A stretch of DNA of 64,000 nt from Bdellovibrionota bacterium (GTDB lineage: Bacteria; Bdellovibrionota_G; JALEGL01; DATDPG01): assembly GCA_963668355.1 (NCBI GenBank), contig OY764265.1, positions 320,001 to 384,000 on the forward strand, given 5' to 3'. Position numbers and translations under genes: made by a program. Position 1 is the first letter of the stretch. Every line of letters begins with the position of its first letter. Shown here one piece after another: positions 43,815-52,953 of this stretch. The notes beneath the pieces were generated by a model. That model ran no database searches and had not been told where the DNA came from. It was given only the letters and a program-made list of their open reading frames with translations.

Positions 43815-44273
43815 TCAAGCGTTTGGAAGTTCGTCGAGAAGCTGCCCAACCGTTTTTTTTAAAATGGGATGGAGCCAATGAGGATTCAACTCAGAAAGGG
43901 GAAACAAAACGAAGTGCCGCTCGTGCATTCGAGGATGTGGGATTTCAACATCCTTTTCTCGAAGGGTCACATCCTCAAACGACAAAAGATCCAGATCGAT
44001 TTCTCTGGGCCCCCATTTTTCTCGAGGGACCCGCCCCATTCTTTTCTCCGCAGACTTCAAACAACGCAACAGTTCTTGTGGGGTTTTTTCTGTATCCACT
44101 TCGGCCACCGCATTGACAAAGTCAGGTTGATCCAAATTCCCCACCGGCTTCGTTTCAATGAATCGAGAGACTTTCCGAACCTGACAAAACAAATGTAACT
44201 CTTGAAGAGCCTCTGTGAGTCTCATTTTACGATTTCCCAAGTTGCTACCCAAACCGATATACGCAATGGCCAT
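43815..44273 (-). CDS. folK: 6-hydroxymethyl-7,8-dihydropterin pyrophosphokinase
   Basis: YIGLGSNLG, WGPREIDLDLL, PHPRMHERHFVL. Confidence 0.96.
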   Translation of the reverse strand: MAIAYIGLGSNLGNRKMRLTEALQELHLFCQVRKVSRFIETKPVGNLDQPDFVNAVAEVDTEKTPQELLRCLKSAEKRMGRVPREKWGPREIDLDLLSFEDVTLREKDVEIPHPRMHERHFVLFPLSELNPHWLHPILKKTVGQLLDELPNA

Positions 44274-44340
44274 TTCACGTGTGAGTAACGAATAATGTCT
44301 GCTTTGTCGAATCTCTCAATCCCCTTATACTCGCAGGCAA

Positions 44341-45174
44341 ATGAATACGTTCGAAGCCATTGTTTTAGGAGTCATCCAAGGTCTGAGTGAATTTCTCCCC
44401 ATATCGAGTTCGGGACATCTTGTCATCGCTCAACACCTCATTGGCTTTTCAGAACCTCCCATCTCGTATGACATTCTTCTTCACTTTGCGACCTTCCTTT
44501 CCACACTCATCATCCTTCGAAAGCGTGTATGGGAAATCCTCATGGCCGTTCCACGTTTCCCAAGATTTTGTTCTTCTTTGTTTCAAAAAGGTCACCTGGC
44601 CATCGCCGAAGATCTACCCTCTTGGGTTCTCTTGTTGGTGTTCGTCACCACACTGGTCACAGGCATTCTCGGATTAACCTTTGAAAATGTTTTCAAATCT
44701 GCTTTTTCCTCCCTAAAAACCGTAGCCATTTCACTCTCCCTCACGGGACTTCTTCTTTGGTTCACCCAACGAATTGACCAGAAAAAACCAAAAACAGCTG
44801 CACGGATGAGCATTTCCGACGCCCTTTGGATTGGGCTGGCTCAAACCTTGGCCATTGTTCCGGGCATCTCTCGATCCGGAGCCACAATTTCGGCCGGCCT
44901 TTATCGCGGTCTAGATCGACAATTGGCCGGGGAATACGCCTTTTTGATTTCCCTCCCGGCCATTCTTGGAGCCCTCCTCTTAGAACTAAGACATGGATTT
45001 ACGAGTTTGGGGTCATCTTGGGCTGTCGCGTGGCTGGGGTTTTTGTTTGCTTTTTTGGTGGGCTTGGTTGCCCTTCACTTTCTCTTGAAATGGATTCGAG
45101 CCGGTAAACTCTCTTGGTTTTCGTATTACTGCTTTGCGGCCTCTCTCTTTACCGGATATCTGGCTTGGTTCTAA
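44341..45174 (+). CDS. uppP: Undecaprenyl-diphosphatase
   Basis: QGLSEFLPISSSGHL, PGISRSGATI. Confidence 0.95.
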   Translation: MNTFEAIVLGVIQGLSEFLPISSSGHLVIAQHLIGFSEPPISYDILLHFATFLSTLIILRKRVWEILMAVPRFPRFCSSLFQKGHLAIAEDLPSWVLLLVFVTTLVTGILGLTFENVFKSAFSSLKTVAISLSLTGLLLWFTQRIDQKKPKTAARMSISDALWIGLAQTLAIVPGISRSGATISAGLYRGLDRQLAGEYAFLISLPAILGALLLELRHGFTSLGSSWAVAWLGFLFAFLVGLVALHFLLKWIRAGKLSWFSYYCFAASLFTGYLAWF

Positions 45175-45913
45175 TCCACGCGTCCAGGGTTTGAGATAGC
45201 GTTCGACTACATAAATTCATTTCTGTTCTAACGACCTTTGAAAGGACTCGAAGATGTCGCCATCTTTTCAACAATAGAAAAACTGTCCGCAATCCTTTCG
45301 ATCGACCAAAGGCGTCACTCAACCCATCAAACACATCGGGCAAAGTTTCCTGGGAAGAATCCAAGACGGAGCGAATCACACACCAATCAATCCCCCGCTT
45401 CTGACAAACCAACGCCCATGCGCCACTCTCCATATCCACAAAGTCCGCACCATAGCGATCGAACAAGGATTCTTTTTCTTTAGGGCCACGAACGACCTGG
45501 TTGACCGTAACCCCCGACGTGAAAAAACGCTTCGGTGCCGAAGAGGAAAACGCTTTCCAAAGAATGGGTGAAGGCTCAAAAACCTCCTCCTGGAAATGAA
45601 TTTTTGATGGGATGAGAAGATCCCCGGTTTTGGACTCAGGATGAAGCCCCCCCGCAACGCCCACCCCAACTACTTTTTCAAAAGGGCCCAAACTCGTAAG
45701 AGCGGCCTCTAACGCGGATTCAGCCGAGTCTGGCCCCATCCCAGTCGCCACCCATACACACTCGGCCTTTAAGGGGGCCGAAAGGGTGCAGTGGCAAAAA
45801 GAAGAATTCTCGACCCAGGGGCCGGTCCGTTTCAAAAGAGAATGCTTTAAAACGCCCTTGGCCTCAGAAATCGTGGCAGAAATGAACAAAACGCGACCCA
45901 TTTTTTTGGGCAT
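45149..45913 (-). CDS. Nucleoside phosphorylase family protein (HpnG/MTAN-like)
   Basis: TGMG, GVAGGL, VDMES, IRSVLD motifs. Confidence 0.8.
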   Translation of the reverse strand: MPKKMGRVLFISATISEAKGVLKHSLLKRTGPWVENSSFCHCTLSAPLKAECVWVATGMGPDSAESALEAALTSLGPFEKVVGVGVAGGLHPESKTGDLLIPSKIHFQEEVFEPSPILWKAFSSSAPKRFFTSGVTVNQVVRGPKEKESLFDRYGADFVDMESGAWALVCQKRGIDWCVIRSVLDSSQETLPDVFDGLSDAFGRSKGLRTVFLLLKRWRHLRVLSKVVRTEMNLCSRTLSQTLDAWIRTKPDIR

Positions 45914-46055
45914 CTTAATCTCATGATTTGATTGAGCAATTGTTCTTCCTCAGCCACAGAAAAAAGATTTCATTCCCCACAATAACCGATTTTTCAAAAT
46001 AAAATTCCAACATACTCACAAAATAACGTAAGTATTTCCCACTTTGACCATTTTT

Positions 46056-46403
46056 CTAATTCTTCCTCGGCTTCTTTCTTCGGTCATAAATTCCATGGCG
46101 TTTGGCCCAGGCCAAAATCTTGGCATAAAGCTCCTTAAACCCTTTTCCATGGTTGAAATGGCGCAGATGAGCCATTTCATGGCAAAGAGTATCTACCAGG
46201 AAGGGATACGACAAGAACCGCCCTGTGCCTAGGGCATAGAGCCGTATCCGAATTTCATGTTCATCGGTACAACTGCCACATCGACTGGTCACTCGTGGAG
46301 ACTCCGGAACGATATCTAAGTACCTTAAATTAAAGCGCTTAGCGATCCTCCTCGCGTCTTTTTTGAGTTTTGCCAATAATTGATGTTCCGTCATATCGCT
46401 CAA
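46056..46403 (-). CDS. Small zinc metallopeptidase-like protein (WLM/YgjP-like)
   Basis: TLCHEMAHLRHFNHGKGF (HExxH...H). Confidence 0.75.
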   Translation of the reverse strand: MSDMTEHQLLAKLKKDARRIAKRFNLRYLDIVPESPRVTSRCGSCTDEHEIRIRLYALGTGRFLSYPFLVDTLCHEMAHLRHFNHGKGFKELYAKILAWAKRHGIYDRRKKPRKN

Positions 46404-46539
46404 TTATTAGGATAACTCAAGATGACGCATCGCGCCTAGGATCTACGGCAGGGTTTTTAGTTTTTGTAAATTATCTATATTTTTGGGAAAAATACGCCAT
46501 ATATGACGATATTTTCTCCGTTTTTGATGAAATTTGGTC

Positions 46540-48369
46540 TTATTTCAAAATCTTAAATTCCACGCGTCGATTGGCTTTTCGGCCCGCCAAAGTGGCATTA
46601 TCGGCAATCGGCTGATCCGACCCATAACCCACAGGAGTCAAACGAGATTTTTGAATCCCTAACGAGATCAAGGTTTCCATCACCGCATCGGCCCGCATTT
46701 GTGACAGCTGCAGATTCTTTTCGCTTGAACCCGAAGAATCCGTATGGCCTCCAATTTCAACCAACTCAATCTGGGGATTCGCTTGAAGAATCTTCGCCAC
46801 ATCTTGAAGCGTTTTTTCAGATTCTTGTGAAATGACTTCACTCCCACTTTTAAACTGTATGGGTTTGACCACCGAAATCAGACCATCGTCCAAGAAAGCC
46901 TCCGTAGCTCCAGATTGCAGCAGAAATTCCGCATACACTTCAGTACCATCTACAACATCCACATTTACCGTGGAAAAACTTCCCTTTGGTCCTTCGGCCC
47001 TCATGACATACGTATTCACAGGCAGTTTAATTCTCAATCGACCTTCTGAATCGGTCTCCATGGGTTTGGCCCTTGGGACATCCGGCAATACGATTTGCGC
47101 TTGAGTGGGTTTCCCTTTTCCATCTTTCACCCGAACCACCACAATTCCGCGCTCGGGCTCCGATGGCGTTAAGACCATATCATGCTGAAGATTCCCCTGG
47201 TCGGGCACGCGAACCATCTGGGATAGGGGAGAATAACCGTCCGCCGTTACGGTTAAATTACAATCTCCTGCGGGCAATGGATAACTTCGAAAACGACCAT
47301 CTTCCGGATTGGAAACCAATGGACTGATTTCCGGTCCACAGAGAGCAATGATCGCCCCTCCCACTGAATGTCCGGTTCTCGCATTGGTGACCTTTCCAAA
47401 AATATAGTTTTCATTTTCAACCTCGGCCACTTTCGTGGGAAGAGCTTCCACACGACTTCCTGGTTTGGCAAAGTGGAAAAAGAGCCCCGCGTGAAAACCA
47501 AAGTCCGGCTCTTTCACGATGCGGGAGGCACCATCTGAAGCAAAAAACCCAAGGTCTGAAGCCAAACCCACTCCCCACGTGCGATCCTCCGAAGGAAAAT
47601 AGCGAACGCCCAATGTGGCTCTTTGAGGGTTGTCAAACACCCCGACTCCAGCCGCATCCAATGCGATCTCCATTGTATATTCTGCACTCAACACTACCGG
47701 ACGAAGAGGAACCTCCACTCCCAACCCCGCCAACAGAGAATGTTCACCATTCACACCATATAAAATGCGAGCCGCTTCAAGGGCCGTATTGGGAAGCAAA
47801 TGCCCAGTTTGATCCAATCGAAATCCCACATTGCCATGAATCCGAAGCGGAATTCCCTGAGACCACAAATCGAGTGTCCCAAGGGCCAACGCGTCCCAAG
47901 AAAGAGCCGTGTCGGTATAACCCAAATCCACTGCCCCTCTGCGATAATGTCCCAATCCCATGACCCCCACGGACCATATTTCGTCCACATCAAAGGCGAT
48001 CTTGGTCCCAAAATCCATATTTCCTACCTGCTGAACCAGAGCCGCCGTAACATCTTCATTGCTCGTCCAGGCCGAGCCCGAAAGAAAAATTTCCCAAGAA
48101 GAGAGAGGCGTATAGGAGATCGCCGCTTTTCCACTCAACCTTTCCAAATCTGTTCCCGAGACCGGAAAGTCACTTAGATTGAAGTAGCGACTGCTCAGAG
48201 ACAAGCCGATTGCCGTCGGACCCGCTTCCCTACGTTGAGCCGAAAACGTTCGCCAAACTCCAACGGGTCCATCCGGGTGTAACCCAGGCAGCACAGGATT
48301 CGAAGCAGCCAAGGCACTCGAAGAACAAAAAAAGAGGAAACACAGCGTCCAGATCGATTTTGGTTTCAT
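46540..48369 (-). CDS. OmpA family outer-membrane protein (probable beta-barrel, carboxypeptidase-regulatory-like domains, OmpA C-domain)
   Basis: Signal peptide; IGGHTD, LSQMRA, GYG, NRRVEF. Confidence 0.85.
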   Translation of the reverse strand: MKPKSIWTLCFLFFCSSSALAASNPVLPGLHPDGPVGVWRTFSAQRREAGPTAIGLSLSSRYFNLSDFPVSGTDLERLSGKAAISYTPLSSWEIFLSGSAWTSNEDVTAALVQQVGNMDFGTKIAFDVDEIWSVGVMGLGHYRRGAVDLGYTDTALSWDALALGTLDLWSQGIPLRIHGNVGFRLDQTGHLLPNTALEAARILYGVNGEHSLLAGLGVEVPLRPVVLSAEYTMEIALDAAGVGVFDNPQRATLGVRYFPSEDRTWGVGLASDLGFFASDGASRIVKEPDFGFHAGLFFHFAKPGSRVEALPTKVAEVENENYIFGKVTNARTGHSVGGAIIALCGPEISPLVSNPEDGRFRSYPLPAGDCNLTVTADGYSPLSQMVRVPDQGNLQHDMVLTPSEPERGIVVVRVKDGKGKPTQAQIVLPDVPRAKPMETDSEGRLRIKLPVNTYVMRAEGPKGSFSTVNVDVVDGTEVYAEFLLQSGATEAFLDDGLISVVKPIQFKSGSEVISQESEKTLQDVAKILQANPQIELVEIGGHTDSSGSSEKNLQLSQMRADAVMETLISLGIQKSRLTPVGYGSDQPIADNATLAGRKANRRVEFKILK

Positions 48370-48537
48370 ATGCAGGGCAGTATTACAACCCTCCCTTTGA
48401 TCCGCAAGAAAGTTTCATTTCTGATAAGTTTGGAACTTTCGTATCGAAAACCCGCAAAAAATGAATAGCCCCTTAAAAACGAGGATCGCTTCGCCCCGAT
48501 AACCAATGAAAAACATGAGACTTTTTTTTTAGCCATT

Positions 48538-48553
48538 TGGTCCAGCTATTGCA
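48538..48553 (+). promoter_or_regulatory. Putative sigma54 promoter
   Basis: TGGTCCAGCTATTGCA, GG-N10-GC, 30 bp before the ATG at 48584. Confidence 0.55.
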
Positions 48554-48583
48554 GATTTAGCGGCTCACCAGGCAAGAAAAGAG

Positions 48584-49966
48584 ATGAAGAATTACGCAAA
48601 ATGGATCGGTTTATGTTTACTTTTTCTTTTATCAAGTCTTCGCTCAGAAGCTCAAACCATCACCTCCGTAAATACATCCCTCCGTCATGGTGAGTTGCTA
48701 ACATTAACTGGAAACCAATTCGGGAATCGCTCCACCCCCACGCCTTGGTTGTATGAAGACTTTGAAGATCAGTCCACAGTGATCGACCTTGAAAGCAATC
48801 CAGGTCTACACCCCCCTATCATTGCGACTCAGGAACGGGCCCACGGGGGTTTTTCCGCATTGAAATGTCAATTGGGGGACCCTGAGATCGAAACCGAAGA
48901 CTCTGCCGAACGAAAAGGTCATGCCATTTACCGCTTTCCCGAAACCCTGGAGGCAGGAAACAAACTCTTCATCTCCTTTTGGGAGCGCTTTGACTGGGGG
49001 GTCTGGTATTGCGATGACGGAGGACAAGCCGACGTGAGTTACCAGATTAAAAACTGGCGGCTAAGCTCCGGTTCCCAACCCACCACCCCACCTTACATCA
49101 CCCAGAACAATCAAAGTGATTGTGTAGCTTATGGGACCGATGATTTCTGGCCCCGAAACTATTTCACGCGTCACAACTCCATCGATGCGGACACCTATTG
49201 GTACGCCCGAGATTTCGAACCTGAATTCGCGCAACTCAACGACACTTGGATGCTATTCGAACTCCAAGTTCAGCAATCAGACGCAGGCGTAGCCAATGGT
49301 TCCATTGAATTGTGGCTCAGCCGACAAGGGGAACGAAGAAAGGTGACCGAAGACTTCAATATTCTCACCCACGGAGGGAACACAGAGGAGCCCGATCCAG
49401 GATTTAATAAGTTGGTGATTGGCGACTGGATTGATCGAGGAGGAAGAAGCACCACTTTATATTTTGACGATGTTTATGTTGACCGATCTTGGGCCCGCGT
49501 GATTTTGGCAGACTCAAACGATTTTGAAACCGCTTCTCGACGCGAAATTCAACCCACCGAAAGTTGGAGCGAAAACACGATTCAAATTCGCGTCAATGCC
49601 GGACGATTTGAAAGTGGGGATAACCTCTTTCTTTTTGTCGTGGATGAGAATGGAAGCTCCGGCCCCGCCTATCCAGTAACCCTAAGCTTAGCCAACGACA
49701 ACCTGCCGAGCGACCAAGCCGGAGGTGGAGTAGGAAGTGAGTTTGACGACCAAGACATCGTCCTCGACGAGGATGCCCAAAACATCTCCAATGATGAAGA
49801 TGTGGACAGTGCCGGCGTTTTCAGCAACGAAGAACCCGGCGCTCAGGTTTCCGGTGGGTGTCAAAGTTCCTCTTCCCGTTTTTCAATTTTATGGAGCTTA
49901 TGCCTTTTTTGGATGAGTGCGCGTTTTCTAAACAAACGGCAAACACTTCAAAAAGACGCACGATGA
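48584..49966 (+). CDS. Secreted protein with MYXO-CTERM-like C-terminal sorting signal
   Basis: Signal peptide; aromatic/acidic core; acidic linker; GGC + hydrophobic helix + basic tail. Confidence 0.7.
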   Translation: MKNYAKWIGLCLLFLLSSLRSEAQTITSVNTSLRHGELLTLTGNQFGNRSTPTPWLYEDFEDQSTVIDLESNPGLHPPIIATQERAHGGFSALKCQLGDPEIETEDSAERKGHAIYRFPETLEAGNKLFISFWERFDWGVWYCDDGGQADVSYQIKNWRLSSGSQPTTPPYITQNNQSDCVAYGTDDFWPRNYFTRHNSIDADTYWYARDFEPEFAQLNDTWMLFELQVQQSDAGVANGSIELWLSRQGERRKVTEDFNILTHGGNTEEPDPGFNKLVIGDWIDRGGRSTTLYFDDVYVDRSWARVILADSNDFETASRREIQPTESWSENTIQIRVNAGRFESGDNLFLFVVDENGSSGPAYPVTLSLANDNLPSDQAGGGVGSEFDDQDIVLDEDAQNISNDEDVDSAGVFSNEEPGAQVSGGCQSSSSRFSILWSLCLFWMSARFLNKRQTLQKDAR

Positions 49967-50009
49967 CCCAACCTTTTTAGTCGGAGTTCATCGTGCATCT
50001 TTCTTTTTT
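49952..50009 (+). terminator. Intrinsic terminator between convergent genes
   Basis: aagacgcacgatga / tcatcgtgcatctt inverted repeat followed by a T-run. Confidence 0.6.
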
Positions 50010-51503
50010 CTAGGGAAGAAATTCCAATGTATCTTCTTCGCGTTCCAATCGCTCCAGGCCAAACTCAATGGCTTCTGAAAAATCATTTTGGAATTGCTGC
50101 AAGTCTTCCAAAGAGATGGCCACCACTGAGCCCGCAGGGCAATTGCCTTCTTTCGAAGTGATCACCTGCATCCGAGCAAAGTGCACTCCGGATGTGGGAG
50201 AAGATATCGCCTTTAACAAATCCCCTTCATCCAAGGTACACCCTTGATCATAGCTCCCTTCTGGAAGGGCCGTCATTTCGGAGGATACAATGAATATATA
50301 GTCTGGATCATTCAACTTTTCGACCAACGAGTAAGCAAGTTGTCCATCTACTTGGTTCCGATTGATCTCTTCTTGGATTTGCCAGCGAATCTGATCCTTC
50401 TCCGCTTCAGAGATGATCGCGTCCCGATAACCCTCTTCATACCCATCTTCAAACCCTGCCGAGTAGGCTTCTCGTTCATAATAAGTTGAGTAAGGGGCGT
50501 ACATCAGACTGATCATCACATGATCCGTTAACCAATGAACTGGGGTTGGATAGATTTCGTAGGGGGCATAATAATGCGCACGCCATCGCCACCAATGTGG
50601 ATGAATCGATTTCCATCGATAGCGAAATGGACTCCACGGCCATCTTCCCGTTTCATAATAGAACACGCAGAGGTTGGGGGAATAGAATGCGAATCGGGGA
50701 TAATAATGAAGGTAGGTATAACCTCCCCACACTTCCGGCCAGAAAAATTGAGGACGTCGCCGTCCGTTTCTCACGGAATCACGCCTCAATACGCGACGGT
50801 TTCGATGATGGACCCATCGGTCATCGCGATGTGACTCATGGTTTCTTCTCGCCACACGTGGACGGTCATGACGTTGGATCCGTTGTGGCTTTCGATCCAT
50901 CCTTGATTTTCCTAAATGCTCCTGTTTCCAGCGAGAATCCGAAACCGTTCCCGGATTCCTCGTTCGATCAATGCGAACACCGCCTTTTCCAGAGATCTTT
51001 CCCGTTCCACGCCCCACGATTGGACTCTTGGGGGATCGTCGATTTCCCGTTCTCAAATCGGTTTTCCGTTGACCCTGTTCAGGCTCCGTACGTTTGATTC
51101 GAGGATCTCGACGAACCGTAGAGCCTTGAGAATTCCCACTCCTCCGATTTCCTTTTCCTACCTTGGTTTTCCGTGAACGTTGTCGAGGCTCCATGCGTTT
51201 GGCGCCTGAATCTCGACGAACTGTGGAACCTTGTGAATTCCCATTCCCTCGATTTTTGCTTCTCACTTTTGTTTGCTGTGAACGTTGTCGAGGCTCTGCG
51301 CGTTTCGTTTGCGGCCTTGTCTGTGGGCTCGAAGTGGATCGCTTCGAAGGACTGACCTTAGAAGGTTCTCTTCGAGTCTTGGAAGATTGGCTTTGTTTGG
51401 CTTTTCCCGAACTTCTATTTTTGCCCCTGCTTTGAGCATGGGTCAAAGAGGGAATGGCCAACCCCAAACTCAATAAAAAAATTAAACACCACTTGCGTGA
51501 CAT
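50010..51503 (-). CDS. Exported hypothetical protein with Arg/Lys/Ser-rich repeats, Trp/Tyr-rich middle and acidic C-domain
   Basis: GGAGG RBS before ATG 51503; signal peptide ending THA; 35-aa repeats. Confidence 0.75.
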   Translation of the reverse strand: MSRKWCLIFLLSLGLAIPSLTHAQSRGKNRSSGKAKQSQSSKTRREPSKVSPSKRSTSSPQTRPQTKRAEPRQRSQQTKVRSKNRGNGNSQGSTVRRDSGAKRMEPRQRSRKTKVGKGNRRSGNSQGSTVRRDPRIKRTEPEQGQRKTDLRTGNRRSPKSPIVGRGTGKISGKGGVRIDRTRNPGTVSDSRWKQEHLGKSRMDRKPQRIQRHDRPRVARRNHESHRDDRWVHHRNRRVLRRDSVRNGRRRPQFFWPEVWGGYTYLHYYPRFAFYSPNLCVFYYETGRWPWSPFRYRWKSIHPHWWRWRAHYYAPYEIYPTPVHWLTDHVMISLMYAPYSTYYEREAYSAGFEDGYEEGYRDAIISEAEKDQIRWQIQEEINRNQVDGQLAYSLVEKLNDPDYIFIVSSEMTALPEGSYDQGCTLDEGDLLKAISSPTSGVHFARMQVITSKEGNCPAGSVVAISLEDLQQFQNDFSEAIEFGLERLEREEDTLEFLP

Positions 51504-51734
51504 AATGATCCTCCCTTGCCGCTTCCATTTCCCAAAAATTCGAGAAATGTCAGCCAAACGCATTCGTTCCCGGCGATGCTTACGCGCATAGCGCCAGAAC
51601 TAAAACGTTTTGATGATTTAAGTTGTCAAAACAAGACAATTGAGGATTCTCAATTAGGGATGATTTATACCTATCGCAGAACTCGGGTGAACGCAAATAT
51701 TCCCCAAGAAAATTCAGGCACTTTGGGGAAGCAT

Positions 51735-51770
51735 AAAAAAATGGGGACCGCGTCCACGATCCCCACATAT
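51735..51770 (-). terminator. Intrinsic terminator after rplC
   Basis: Minus strand TGGGGATCGTGGACGCGGTCCCCA followed by TTTTTTT. Confidence 0.7.
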
Positions 51771-51783
51771 TTTCACATTTAAA

Positions 51784-52413
51784 TTAACGAGGAAGAATTT
51801 CCAAATAACCGTTTTTTCCTCCTGGAACCGTACCTTCCAACAACACACAATGCTTTTCCGGCACAACCGTTACAATTCGAAGGTTCTTGGTTGTGGTTCG
51901 TTGGTTTCCCAAACGCCCCGACATTTTTTTGCCTTTGGCCACACGTCCCGGAGTTTTACAGTTTCCGATCGAACCGCCATGTCGAAAGTACTCATGGGTT
52001 CCATGACCTCTTACGTCTTTGAAACCCCAACGCTTGATAACGCCCGAAAATCCTTTACCTTTCGTTTGGCCAGAGACATCCACAGATTGCCCCACTTCAA
52101 AAAGATCAGAAAAGGTGATCTCTTGACCGGGTTCATACTTGGAAGCGATTTCTTCCGAAACGCGAAATTCTCGAATTTTTCGTTTTGGGGTTGCGTTTAA
52201 TTTTTTAAAGACCGCTTGGAGATTCTTGGGTGTGTGTTTTTCTTTTCGATCATCAAAACCCAATTGAAGTGCGGTGTATCCATCCTTCTCCACCGTCTTT
52301 TTTTGCATCACCAAACAAGGACCCAATTCCACCAAGGTCACAGCGATGCGCCCATTGTCCCCATCATTAATTTGGGACATGCCTACTTTTTTTCCCAATA
52401 AACCCAATGCCAT
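51784..52413 (-). CDS. rplC: 50S ribosomal protein L3
   Basis: GLLGKKVGM, DGYTALQLG, VDVSGQTKGKGFSGVIKR, GKKMSGRLG; AAGGAG RBS. Confidence 0.96.
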   Translation of the reverse strand: MALGLLGKKVGMSQINDGDNGRIAVTLVELGPCLVMQKKTVEKDGYTALQLGFDDRKEKHTPKNLQAVFKKLNATPKRKIREFRVSEEIASKYEPGQEITFSDLFEVGQSVDVSGQTKGKGFSGVIKRWGFKDVRGHGTHEYFRHGGSIGNCKTPGRVAKGKKMSGRLGNQRTTTKNLRIVTVVPEKHCVLLEGTVPGGKNGYLEILPR

Positions 52414-52587
52414 TTTTCGCTCCTTTATCCCGCCACACCCACATCAAGGGTGCCGTAGTCATATGATTCCATACCGAGTCATTGACGCTTCAGTATGCCC
52501 TTCCCCTCCACCAGGCTTTCCGGACAACCCTGAAAAACAGGGCGGAAGATCAGAAGGAGGCGGAATATACTGATTTCGAAAGGAATT

Positions 52588-52920
52588 TCAAGCCTTCAGG
52601 CTCGAAATAAAATCAAGGTATTCTTGAGGAGGAGAAAGCAAGGAAATCCCCACCCCTCCCGGATTGCTGGACATGGCCATGGGAAGCGCCTTTTTGGAAA
52701 ATGCCACTTTCCCTTTTAATTCAATAACTTGAGAATCATCCACGTCGAGACTGAACGTCAATTCCGCCCCCACTTTCATCAGATGGCGGGTTTGAATGAA
52801 GAGCCCCACCTCAGACAGATTGATCACAAAGCCGGTTTGCTCCTTCCCATCCACGGAAAAATGAGCGGTCACACGATGTTTCAGACGTTCGGCTCTTCTC
52901 AGTTTTTTCTGTCCAGGCAT
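52588..52920 (-). CDS. Single PilZ domain protein
   Basis: RRAER...NLSEVGLFI. Confidence 0.8.
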   Translation of the reverse strand: MPGQKKLRRAERLKHRVTAHFSVDGKEQTGFVINLSEVGLFIQTRHLMKVGAELTFSLDVDDSQVIELKGKVAFSKKALPMAMSSNPGGVGISLLSPPQEYLDFISSLKA

Positions 52921-52953
52921 GGCAAACGAGATACCCGAAAACGTCCGTTCTGA

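Noticed and set aside
46540..49966. TraA/TraB outer-membrane exchange locus
   Set aside because: Genes are divergent, not an operon; no Cys-rich TraA repeats or thrombospondin-type repeats.
51605..51732. Several short palindromes upstream of the repeat-rich protein gene
   Set aside because: They share no common sequence and could be operators or chance; not enough support for a call.
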